Assembly: GCA_039589315.1 (NCBI GenBank)
Contig: JBDHHQ010000151.1
Location: 1-15,367 of the forward strand
Source: Gemmatimonadota bacterium
Lineage (GTDB): Bacteria > Gemmatimonadota > Gemmatimonadetes > Longimicrobiales > Gaopeijiaceae
Direction: 5' to 3'
DNA: 15,367 nucleotides
In this document: positions 1 to 8,546 of the stretch, in pieces
Layout: every line of letters starts with the position of its first letter
How positions within the stretch are numbered: position 1 is the first letter of the stretch
Translations under genes and position numbers: made by a program
Notes under the pieces: generated by a model
Told to the model about the DNA's origin: nothing
Database searches by the model: none
Seen by the model: only the letters and a program-made list of their open reading frames with translations

Positions 1-325
1 CGGCGGGAGACGGAGTCGGCTACCACGATAGGGCACGGGGTCGTCAATCGCACGACTTTCGTTCGCCGGCGATTGGCGAAATGTTCAGCGGTCCGCAGAA
101 GTGTGCCGCTTCATATCGGGGTCGCTGAAAGAGGGCGTGGTTCAAACGCGATCCCGTGTGCGCCTTAGTGTGCCGATTGGTGTGCCAACCAGGCCGCACT
201 GGGGAATACGGAGAAGAACAGGCCCGAAGAGCGGGGGGTGCTAAGTGGTTGACCCACAGCATCATACACACACTAGAACCAACTTACCCTAACTCCCAGA
301 AACACCCCGAAAACTGAATGGGGTT
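1..325 (+). repeat. Inter-cassette repeat copy R1 (promoter + GTGTGCC arm-like repeats + tRNA-Pro-derived core)
   Basis: Aligns by eye with 3007-3318, 6901-7077, 10030-10357 and 13128-13447. GTGTGC(C/G) at 101, 156, 168 and 180. Core CTGAATGGGGTT at 314-325. Confidence 0.9.
25..53 (-). promoter_or_regulatory. Putative sigma70-like promoter GTGCGA-N17-TATCGT for a gene starting just left of the window
   Basis: The same motif with exact 17-nt spacing precedes all four kinase starts in the window. Bases 1-53 closely match 10030-10082, which precede the ATG at 10021. Confidence 0.6.
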
Positions 326-2978
326 GTCTTAGCTCCTCGGAGAACCCCTCTACCACGACGAGATCGCCTACCGGGCCCGACGTGGTTGCCCTCACCATAA
401 TGAAACGCTCGTCGTCGGGCATGACGTCATACATCCGATGGGCCCTCAGCGTTCGATACGGAAGTGCGGAAAACAACACGCGCTGCTCGCCATGGTCGAA
501 CGTGGGGGTTGTGCTGACTGCCACAGACACCATGTCACCATCGCCGCTTCGATAGAAGAGTTCTCGGCCGCTGTGAGCCCACACCGGTTCAGTGCCCCCA
601 GAGATCGATATGCGCGACTTTTGCGCCTGTACCTCGGGGAACGGCACGACGTACACTTCGGCTGATCCGGTCTCGGTCGAGACGTAGGCCAGCCAGTCTC
701 CTCGCGGGGAAAGGGCCGGGGAATTCTCGAGGTAGGGCGAACCTAGTAGAACCGTCGGTTCGCCGCTGGCGTCGGCAGGCAACATCAGGATGTCCCCCCC
801 ACCGGCGGTGCCTCCGTCAGTTCTGTAGACGAGTCGACTTCCGTCAGGAGACCAGACCAGCTCGGCGACACCTCGTTCGCGGTCGAGTACCAACTGCTCA
901 TCTCCCCCGCCGTCGGCCCGCCTCATCCAGACATCGATGAGCGCCAGTCGATCGGATCCGTAGGAAACCCACTGGCCATCGGGGGTCCATTCCGGTCTCA
1001 TGTTCCTGAGGCCCTCGAAGCTCAATCGAAGCGGGGAGCCTCCATCCAGCTGCTTGACCCAGACGTCACTGCCTGTTGGCCCTTGGATCGCGAAAGCGAG
1101 CCTGTCGCCACCCGGCGAGAGTGCCAGTGCGTTGAACTTCTCGGTCCATCCCGGATCGACGGCACGTGCTGAGCCATCTCTTCCAACGTACATGAGCTCG
1201 CCTTCGCTCTGGAGGGTCCCCCTTCCATACACCAGCGAGCCACCGGCGCTCGACAGGTCCATGTCCAACGAGCCGAGCTCTGCCACCATCACGCCGTCCG
1301 ACAACGCGACCGATGCGCCGGTGACTTCTAGACGATCTTCATCGAACGGCACGGCCAACAGCGTGCCTTCGGCGGAGACGTACACGAGATGACCCGTGGT
1401 GGAATACCTCACTCGGACTCCGGGTACCAGGACCTCGTAGTCGCCAGTGCCCGGATTCGCGACCGCGATCTGGTATCGGCTCACGTCCGTGGAAGGAGTA
1501 CCGAGTACGGTGAAGAGGACGCCTCGACCACCCGGGAGGGCGATGGGTGCCACGTGGCCCGTTTCCCCCGCATCTGCATCGATGCGTGTCACGGATTGCA
1601 GCGAGCCCCCACCTTCTTCCACTCGCACCAATCCCTCGTCCGAACCCACGTAGATGTGGCCGTCCGAACCCCAGGTATGGCCCAGGCGATTCAGCATACC
1701 ATTCAGTTCACCACGGAGGATCTCGACAGGGGGTTCACCGCTCAATGAAACGACCCGAAGCGCTTCAGCCGGTGTTCCCACCAGGAAGGCCACCCTCTCG
1801 CCATCCGGAGAGAAGGCCGGATTGTACCCGCCTTCCGTGCCGGCTAGGGAGGTCGGTTCCAACTCGTCCCGTTGGCGTGTCCACAGCTGATAGCCAGTGA
1901 GGGGACCGACGAACACAAAGTGCGATCCATCCGGCGAAATGGTGACACGGGAGGCGTGACGCTGAGCGAGCTGGGGAGGTTGGCCCAGGTTCAGATGGTA
2001 CCGGCTGACCATCGCGGTTCGACTGCTCTGACGCCCCAACACGGCCCAGGCGAGCGCGAACGCCGAGACAGCAGCGACGCTCGCCGCTAGAAGGGTTGAA
2101 CGATTCCTCGCCCCGCCCCGGGGTGGCCCTGCCCCATGCGCGAAGTCGGGATCGGCTAGCGCCTGTGCGAATCGCTGAGCGCTGGAAATCCGGTCCGCCG
2201 GCAATCTTTCCAGCGCCTTCTGGATCGTTGCGTCCACATTGGCCGGGACAGACGACCTGGTCTTCTTCGCGGAGACCGGGTCGCCCGTGATGATCTTGCC
2301 GAGGATCACCTGTGCCGAGCTTCCGGTGTGAGGGGGGTCGCCGACCAACATCTCGTATAGCACACAGCCGAGCGCATAGATGTCCGCTGCGGGACCTACG
2401 GTCTGCTCGCCGGTGGCCTGCTCCGGGCTCATGTAGTGGGGAGTGCCCAGACTCAGGCCGGTCTCGGTAAGTCGACTCCCTCCGGCTACCCCCACCGCCA
2501 GCGCGATGCCGAAATCAGCGACGAGTGGCTCGCCACCGCTCAACAGGATGTTGGCGGGCTTGATATCTCGATGGATGACGCCCTTGTCGTGAGCCGCGTG
2601 GAGCGCGTTCGCGACGGCCGTGGCGACCCGTACCGCCTCATCGACTGGGAGCTGCTTGTCGCGGTCCAGCCTGTCCCTCAGGCTCTCCCCCTCCACGTAG
2701 GGCATGACGTAGAAGAGGAAGCTGTCGGCTTCGCCCGAATCGAACAGCGGCAGGATGTGTGGATGCTGGAGGTTGGCTGTGGTTTCGATTTCTGCGAGGA
2801 ATCGATCCGCACCGACGACGGCAGCCAACTCAGGCTTCAGGACCTTCAACGCGACGTTGCGGTTGTGCTTGAGGTCCTTGGCGAGATAGACGGTGGCCAT
2901 CCCGCCCTCACCGAGCTGGCGCTCGATGCGGTAGCGGCCTTCCAGGGCGGCGTTGAGACGGGTGACGGGATCGGACAT
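273..2978 (-). CDS. Ser/Thr protein kinase with TM helix and TolB-like (PD40) beta-propeller repeats (kinase 1, 901 aa)
   Basis: Motifs [37 protein letters not shown]. Hydrophobic segment LLAASVAAVSAFALAWAVLG, then repeated (W/F/I)SPDG blades. Start reassigned from 3065 to ATG 2978 ([17 protein letters not shown]). The last 17 codons read into repeat R1. Confidence 0.93.
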   Translation of the reverse strand: MSDPVTRLNAALEGRYRIERQLGEGGMATVYLAKDLKHNRNVALKVLKPELAAVVGADRFLAEIETTANLQHPHILPLFDSGEADSFLFYVMPYVEGESLRDRLDRDKQLPVDEAVRVATAVANALHAAHDKGVIHRDIKPANILLSGGEPLVADFGIALAVGVAGGSRLTETGLSLGTPHYMSPEQATGEQTVGPAADIYALGCVLYEMLVGDPPHTGSSAQVILGKIITGDPVSAKKTRSSVPANVDATIQKALERLPADRISSAQRFAQALADPDFAHGAGPPRGGARNRSTLLAASVAAVSAFALAWAVLGRQSSRTAMVSRYHLNLGQPPQLAQRHASRVTISPDGSHFVFVGPLTGYQLWTRQRDELEPTSLAGTEGGYNPAFSPDGERVAFLVGTPAEALRVVSLSGEPPVEILRGELNGMLNRLGHTWGSDGHIYVGSDEGLVRVEEGGGSLQSVTRIDADAGETGHVAPIALPGGRGVLFTVLGTPSTDVSRYQIAVANPGTGDYEVLVPGVRVRYSTTGHLVYVSAEGTLLAVPFDEDRLEVTGASVALSDGVMVAELGSLDMDLSSAGGSLVYGRGTLQSEGELMYVGRDGSARAVDPGWTEKFNALALSPGGDRLAFAIQGPTGSDVWVKQLDGGSPLRLSFEGLRNMRPEWTPDGQWVSYGSDRLALIDVWMRRADGGGDEQLVLDRERGVAELVWSPDGSRLVYRTDGGTAGGGDILMLPADASGEPTVLLGSPYLENSPALSPRGDWLAYVSTETGSAEVYVVPFPEVQAQKSRISISGGTEPVWAHSGRELFYRSGDGDMVSVAVSTTPTFDHGEQRVLFSALPYRTLRAHRMYDVMPDDERFIMVRATTSGPVGDLVVVEGFSEELRQPHSVFGVFLGVRVSWF

Positions 2979-3006
2979 GCACTCCTCGGGGAACACGGGC
3001 ACCGCT

Positions 3007-3035
3007 ACGATAGGATCCCGCCGGTCAACGCGCAC
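3007..3035 (-). promoter_or_regulatory. Putative promoter GTGCGC-N17-TATCGT of kinase 1
   Basis: TATCGT on the minus strand at 3007-3012, 17-nt spacer, GTGCGC at 3030-3035. About 29 nt upstream of ATG 2978. Confidence 0.6.
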
Positions 3036-3318
3036 GGTCTCGAGTCTCTTGAGGGATCGCTTCACCGGGAACGCGTCCGAGAAGTGTGCCGCTCATGACC
3101 GGAGCCCTCCGAGACCGCAGGTTGCGTTAGGCGCTCCGGTGTGCCCGTTAGTGTGCCGCTTGGTGTGCCAACCAGGCCGCACGGGGGAAGACGCAGAAGA
3201 ACAGGCCCGAAGAGCGGGGGATGCTAAGTGGTTTACCCACAGCACCCTATGCCGCACTGGGTTCAACTCACCCGAACTCCCCGAAACACCCCGGATTCTG
3301 AATTCTGAATGGGGTTCA
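3007..3318 (+). repeat. Inter-cassette repeat copy R2
   Basis: GTGTGCC at 3084, 3139, 3151 and 3163. Core CTGAATGGGGTTCA at 3305-3318, overlapping a 7-nt tandem duplication (TTCTGAA x2). Confidence 0.9.
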
Positions 3319-3366
3319 CGCGTTGTCGCGGATTCAGTGGGTCAGTTTGGCTCAAACCGCTTCAGC

Positions 3367-6057
3367 TCACCTACCAACGCGCTGCCCGACTTCCTCCCAC
3401 CAGTTCATTGCGAGGATGAGCTGGTTGGTGTCGCCCTCTCCAACGTCGAAACGGACCATCAAGAACCGCCCGTCCGGAGCGACATCGTAGAAGGCGTAGT
3501 TGGTGATCACGTTCAGTGCTCGCTCATCAACGTTGAAAAGGGGAATCCGTTCCCCGACCTGGAGGCTGCCGCCGACTGCCTCGACTCCGACGGCAGTCAA
3601 GAAACGGTCCGCGTTGACGTAGTACAACTCGTCTCCTGAGGGCGCCCATCTGGGAGCGATACCTCCGTTCGTCGATACCTGCCACTTGCCGGCATCCACG
3701 TCAGGGAACGGCCGGACATAGATCTCGTCCTGGCCGGTCTCCGTCGATTCGTACGCCAGCCACCGGCCGTTGGGCGATAGAGCCAATGATTTCTCGTCGT
3801 ACTCTTCGGCCGCCAGTGGCACGGTCACCGAGTCCCCGACCTGTATTCCCACGATATCCCGGCCGCCGGTCACGTTGGCGGCTCCGCCCAGCCGCAACAC
3901 GAACCAAGTCTCATCTGGATTCCGTTGGACCTCGAGGATTGGCTGCTCGAGATCAAGCAGGAGCTGCGGGGTCCCCGTGCCATCAGCCATTCGCTCCCAT
4001 AGATCCCGGTTTTCGCCACGCTCCGACACGAACATGATTCGCTGGCCATCCGGTGACCATCGTGGTCGCCGGTCGAGGTCCTCGTGGAATGTCAGGCGTG
4101 AGAGTGGTCCACGGTCGAGTTGTTTGACCCAGATGTCCTCGCCGGCGTCCGAATGGACTTTCAGGGCGAGGCGAGTGCCATCGGGGGACACCGCGACGCC
4201 GATCTCGGCAGCTCCGGAGGACGACGGTGACGAGCCGTCGAACTTCCACTCCGAGTCGACGGGGTCCACCGTTCCCTCGCGTGTGACCCAAACCGCCTGG
4301 AAGAGTCCAGTCTGCGGCGGACCGGTCTTGTACAGGAGACTTCCGTCCTCCGACAAGCTGAACTGGGATTGAGATCCGCCTTTCACCTGCACGCCTGGAA
4401 TCATGGCCACAGGTGAACTCATTAGCTCGAGACGGCTTGCGTCGAACGGAGCGACCATGAGCGTCCCATCAGCGGCGGTGTAAAGGAGGTGCTCCGACGA
4501 CGAATACCTCGCCATCGCTCCGGTCACGAGATCGTGGACCTCCTTGGTCTCGAGATCGATTCCGACGATGCGACTGTTGGTCGGTGGTCCGTTTGCGAGG
4601 GTCGCGAGGATCGTCTGGCCTCCCGGTAGGCCCCGCGGCATCCGGTAGATGCCTTCTTCCGGGGGAGGAACCACCTCCTCCGGCTCACCCCCAGCAGCGA
4701 GTACGCGCAGAATGGCACCTTGGCCGGACGCGTAGTACACCCACCCATCCGATGACCATGTCGCCCCACCGAGGCCCCCTTCAGCCACCAGGCGGAACGG
4801 CGGCCCCCCAGCGAGCGAGGCGACGCTCAACCCTCCCTCTGCAAAGAAGACGATCGATTGGCCATCGGGCGAAAACGCGGGGCTCAGTCCGTTTTGTGTT
4901 CCGTTGACCGGGTGGGGCTCGATGTCATCGAGCCTGCGCTGCCATATCTGTGTACCGCCGGCGTTGGCAGGACCGACGTAGGCAAAGCTGGATCCGTCGG
5001 GGGCCAGGTCGAACTCGACCCAGGGTGTACCGGGCACCAAACCCTGCCCGGTCTGGAACACCATCGTGAAGCGGGCCGTTCGCGAGACTTCCGCGCCTCT
5101 AGAAAGGACCGAAAAGCCGAGAGCTACCGCGAGAAGAACAGCGAGTACGCCCGATCCGAGAGCGAACGGTTTCCACGAACGCGCGGCGCTTGCCGAAGCG
5201 AGCGCCGCGTCTCCGAACTGATAACGGGGGCTCGTCAATGCATCGGCGAACCCTTGAGCCGAGGCGAATCGGTCTGCGGGCAGCTTTTGCAGCGCGCATC
5301 GGAGAGCCGCGTCGACGTTCGAGGGAATCGAGGCCCGAATGGCCGTGGGCTGCCGGGCGTCCTCGGTGAGGATCTTCGCGAGGACGGCCTGGGCGCTGGG
5401 TCCTGTGTAGGGTGGCTCGCCGATCAGCATCTCGTAGAGCACGCATCCCAACGAGTAGACGTCGCTGGACGCGCTCGGCACGCGGTCCGCTGACGCTTGT
5501 TCGGGGCTCATGTAAAACGGTGTCCCCATCGACAAACCGGTCTCCGTCAGCCGGCCGCCGCCAGCCGCGCTAACGGCGAGCGCAATCCCGAAGTCCGCAA
5601 CGAGAGGTCTCCCACGTGACAAGAGGATGTTGGCCGGCTTGATGTCGCGATGGATGACGCCTTGGTCGTGAGCCGCTTGGAGTGCTTCGGCCACATCCAG
5701 TGTGATCCGAATGGCCTCGTCCACCGGCAGCTGCTGTTCTCTGCCTAACCGCTCGCGTAGGCTCTCGCCCTCGACAAATGGCATGACGTAGAAGAGGAAT
5801 CCGTCCGCCTCGCCGGAATCAAACAGCGGCAGAATGTTCGGGTGTTGCAGATTGGCGGTCGTCTTGATCTCGGCCAGGAAGCGCTCGGCGCCGACCACGG
5901 CCGCCAACTCGGGTTTCAGCACCTTGAGCGCCACTTTGCGCTCATGGCGTACGTCGTCAGCCAGGTAGACGGTCGCCATGCCCCCCTCACCGAGCTCGCG
6001 CTCGATGCGGTAGCGGCCTTCGAGGGCCGCGTTAAGCCGCGTGACGGGATGGGACAT
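3367..6057 (-). CDS. Ser/Thr protein kinase with TM helix and TolB-like beta-propeller repeats (kinase 2, 896 aa)
   Basis: Intact kinase motifs ([37 protein letters not shown]), TM FALGSGVLAVLLAVALGFSVL and SPDG repeats. Start reassigned to ATG 6057 (MSHPVTRL, RBS GGAGG). Confidence 0.93.
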   Translation of the reverse strand: MSHPVTRLNAALEGRYRIERELGEGGMATVYLADDVRHERKVALKVLKPELAAVVGAERFLAEIKTTANLQHPNILPLFDSGEADGFLFYVMPFVEGESLRERLGREQQLPVDEAIRITLDVAEALQAAHDQGVIHRDIKPANILLSRGRPLVADFGIALAVSAAGGGRLTETGLSMGTPFYMSPEQASADRVPSASSDVYSLGCVLYEMLIGEPPYTGPSAQAVLAKILTEDARQPTAIRASIPSNVDAALRCALQKLPADRFASAQGFADALTSPRYQFGDAALASASAARSWKPFALGSGVLAVLLAVALGFSVLSRGAEVSRTARFTMVFQTGQGLVPGTPWVEFDLAPDGSSFAYVGPANAGGTQIWQRRLDDIEPHPVNGTQNGLSPAFSPDGQSIVFFAEGGLSVASLAGGPPFRLVAEGGLGGATWSSDGWVYYASGQGAILRVLAAGGEPEEVVPPPEEGIYRMPRGLPGGQTILATLANGPPTNSRIVGIDLETKEVHDLVTGAMARYSSSEHLLYTAADGTLMVAPFDASRLELMSSPVAMIPGVQVKGGSQSQFSLSEDGSLLYKTGPPQTGLFQAVWVTREGTVDPVDSEWKFDGSSPSSSGAAEIGVAVSPDGTRLALKVHSDAGEDIWVKQLDRGPLSRLTFHEDLDRRPRWSPDGQRIMFVSERGENRDLWERMADGTGTPQLLLDLEQPILEVQRNPDETWFVLRLGGAANVTGGRDIVGIQVGDSVTVPLAAEEYDEKSLALSPNGRWLAYESTETGQDEIYVRPFPDVDAGKWQVSTNGGIAPRWAPSGDELYYVNADRFLTAVGVEAVGGSLQVGERIPLFNVDERALNVITNYAFYDVAPDGRFLMVRFDVGEGDTNQLILAMNWWEEVGQRVGR

Positions 6058-6074
6058 TGGGCCTCCGTTACGAG

Positions 6075-6617
6075 TCAGACCGCCTTCACGATAGGGCAGC
6101 ATGGTCCCGATCGCACGGTTCGCGTCACAGAGGAGCAGGGCGGTCGGTCCCCATTGGACACTTGATAGCCCGGAGGTCGGTCCATCCAACTGAAGCCCAG
6201 ACCGATCTGACAAATCAACGAGGCTCTGGCCTCCGTGTAGACCCCCAGCACGGTCTCACGCAGCCGCAGGACGTCGTCGAAGCCCGGTGCGCGCTCGACT
6301 CGAATGGTGATCTGTCGTACCGCCGTGCTGGGCGCCAGGGCAGAATTGGTCCGAGAGTTCGCCCGGGCCCGCTCGATTCTCAACAGTTCGTTTTGCAAGG
6401 GCTGAACCTGGGACTCGGCAGCCGACACCGACTGGTCGACACGCGTCTTCAGATCCAGGGCTTCCCTACCGAGGGGATCGGACAGGGTGCCGCGAAACTG
6501 GCCGTTCCGGATCGATGCGTCGATGGCGTTCAACGTCTCCATCTGAAGCGCCACGGACCGGGTGGCGCCCTCGACGATCAGCGGTACCTGGGCCGCGTTG
6601 CTGAGTCCGGGCCGCAC
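6075..6617 (-). CDS. Hypothetical protein or gene fragment (helical, coiled-coil-like)
   Basis: 180-codon ORF with protein-like composition over roughly the first 130 aa. No recognisable family and no well-spaced RBS. Its 3' end overlaps the kinase 2 promoter. Confidence 0.35.
   Translation of the reverse strand: MRPGLSNAAQVPLIVEGATRSVALQMETLNAIDASIRNGQFRGTLSDPLGREALDLKTRVDQSVSAAESQVQPLQNELLRIERARANSRTNSALAPSTAVRQITIRVERAPGFDDVLRLRETVLGVYTEARASLICQIGLGFSWMDRPPGYQVSNGDRPPCSSVTRTVRSGPCCPIVKAV
6088..6116 (-). promoter_or_regulatory. Putative promoter GTGCGA-N17-TATCGT of kinase 2
   Basis: Same motif and spacing as the other copies, about 31 nt upstream of ATG 6057. Here the arm/core part of the repeat is absent. 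Confidence 0.6.
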
Positions 6618-6628
6618 CCTCTCTACCG

Positions 6629-6900
6629 TCAGTTCGGCACAAGCCGCCTCAACTCCTCGAGGAAGTTCTCGACCAGGACGGTCGACCGGGTATCCGCTTG
6701 GCCCGACATCTTGGGTCGGGCCATCAGGAACCGTGTGTCGTCGAGGTCCACGTCGTAGAAGTCGGCGACGCCAGCGACACTCATCGGGTATTCGTCCGGG
6801 ACCCCGAAGAGCGTGCGCAACTCGACGCGCCTGAAGACGTCGCCGTCAGCCTCGTACTCGGCCGAAACCAACTCACGCGTGTCGGGATTCGCGAAGAACC
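6629..6900 (-). pseudogene. C-terminal remnant (~90 aa) of another kinase/beta-propeller paralog
   Basis: ...FYDVDLDDTRFLMARP...VLVENFLEELRRLVPN* matches the C-termini of kinases 1, 2 and 4 (YDV.PD..RF.M...LV.V..F.EELR). Upstream it is fused directly to truncated repeat R3. Confidence 0.85.
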
Positions 6901-7077
6901 CGCTTAGTGGGCCAACCAGGCCGCACGGGGAGAGACTGCGAATAACAGAAGCGAAGGGCGATGGTCGTAAGTGCCTGTCTTGAAGCACTCTAACCGACCT
7001 GTAGCCAACTCACCCAAACTCCCTGCAACACCCCCAATACTGAATGGGGTTCACGGGGTTGCCGGTTCGAATCCGAC
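6901..7077 (+). repeat. Inter-cassette repeat copy R3 (left-truncated at the GTGTGCC trio)
   Basis: Begins CGCTTAGTGGGCCAACCAGGCCGCAC and continues in register with the other copies to the core at 7040. Confidence 0.88.
7040..7077 (+). other. 3' fragment of tRNA-Pro(GGG) (att-like; not a functional tRNA)
   Basis: CTGA-ATGGGGT-TCA anticodon arm with GGG anticodon, GGGGT variable loop, and T-arm GCCGG-TTCGAAT-CCGAC. No D arm or acceptor stem. Confidence 0.85.
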
Positions 7078-7081
7078 AAGG

Positions 7082-8546
7082 TCACCGATCAGGCGGCGCA
7101 CGATATAGACTCGGCAGACGCGCAGCCCGGTAGACATGCCACCCGTTCGGAGCGTCGTCTTCGATGACGAGCTCGAACACCTTTTGCGGGGGCGTCGTAT
7201 GGGTTACCTCGACGATCCGCGCCGACCGACGCCCATCCGACGCGTCCGTCGCCATGCCCTGCGCGTCCGTGATTCGAGCACCATCCGTGACCAGAACGTT
7301 CCCGGTTAGAGGCAGCCAGTCCGTATCGCTGATGAACGACGAGTAGAAGTGGTCGCCCTCCTGGTCCCCATACGACCAGACCTGGCTGACCCCCATGGTC
7401 GACTCGTCCACGGCATATTCCACGGCTCGACTGTATGGCTCCGAGATTGGTGGGCCGTCTTCGATGGGTCCGCCGCGATTGGTCCCGTTGTCGAAAAGCA
7501 GGATTGTGCCGTGCGGGGACACCTTGGCGGCGTGTTGATGGTTGGGCCAAACGAGCTCCCCACTCGGCGCCAGGAGGTAGGGGGCCCAAGCCTCGGTCCA
7601 ACCTGTGTGGTCACCGAGAATCCACGCCAGCTGACCGGTCGCGAGGTCCACCTTCACCACGGCATCCTGGCGACGTGCTGAAACGATGACCGACTCATCA
7701 CGCTCGTCGTAAAAGGCGGCATTGACGTGCGACCAGTCGACCAACCGACCCTCGTACATCCCTTCGTACGAGGATTCCCAAAAGCCCCCCCAACCGTTGG
7801 GCTGGAAGCCGTCCGAAACGGATCCAGCACGTCGAGCAACCTGACTTCCCGCAGAACGGCTCCATCCCTGTTGAATTCGACCAGTACGTCGCCCACCACG
7901 GTCGCGCTTTCAGTCGGAGCCTCCGGATCGATTGAGCTGGTAGGATAGTCGTCGTAGGTCCGTAGCTCGCTGCTTACCGTCATCAGGGTCCCCGAGGGCA
8001 ACTCAACTCCGCGATCTCGTGGTGAAGAGTGTCGGTGTCTACGGGCGTGCTTTCCTGGGACGTCTCCTTTGGAGTGCCTGTCGCGTGCCAACGCTCCACG
8101 ACGTTGCCGAGCATGTCGATCTCCGTCGCTAGGCCGTTTCGCCCGGACGCGTAGAGCAGGTTGCCGTTCGCGAGCTGGATCACATCGCCGATGCCGTGAT
8201 CGGCGCGATAGTACCAAACGATCTCACCCTGGCTGTCGACAGCGAGCATGGCTGCAAACCCACTACCTCCGCCCTCGCCACACTTCATCAAGTTGAAAAG
8301 AGTGACGCCGGGTTCCATCTCTCCAGATAGGACCTTTGTAGCGACCAGCCTGGGAAAGTCGTCCGGCAATGGCTCCGTCCGGAACTCGATGGGATCTGAC
8401 GCAGTCTCGTTGCCCGCGGCATCGGTCAACATGACGGAGATCCGGTGATCGGTGTCAGACCGAAGCCCGAGAACGGGCACATCCAGCTCCGCAGCGAGTT
8501 CCGTACTCACGACGGAGCTCCATTGGTCGCGACCGTCGTCGGTCAC
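7082..8546 (-). pseudogene. Arylsulfotransferase (ASST)-family pseudogene, 5'-truncated with two frameshifts
   Basis: Three consecutive frames give an N-terminal VPVLGLR Ig-like segment, HHE, DWSHVNA, SARRQD, QHAA, FDNG, YSRAVEY and YRAAR. Frameshifts occur at a 5-nt duplication (~7999-8009) and near a C7 run (7785-7791). The 5' end is cut at the IS110 end. Confidence 0.85.

Noticed and set aside
99..317. Plus-strand peptide LVCRLVCQ...EE..RRA...KHPE* recurring in ORFs 2953-3639, 10005-10295 and 13184-13420
   Set aside because: It is the translation of the GTGTGCC repeats. The frame has stops in R1 (126-128), R3 and R4, with no common start or RBS. A relic of an integrase 3' end cannot be fully excluded.
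273..325. Kinase 1 tail GVFLGVRVSWF resembles an outer-membrane beta-signal
   Set aside because: It derives from read-through into the non-coding repeat, and the protein is not a beta-barrel.
2979..3065. N-terminal extensions of kinases 1 and 2 given by the ORF track (starts 3065 and 6213)
   Set aside because: Paralogs start at MS(D/H)PVTRL, both genes have an RBS there, and the extensions run through the conserved promoter.
7040..7077. Functional tRNA-Pro gene (also 13417-13447)
   Set aside because: No 5' acceptor strand, D arm or 3' CCA end; only fragments.
7785..7791. Poly-G tract in ASST as a phase-variation switch
   Set aside because: The gene is also 5'-truncated and has a second frameshift, so decay or a homopolymer sequencing error is more likely.
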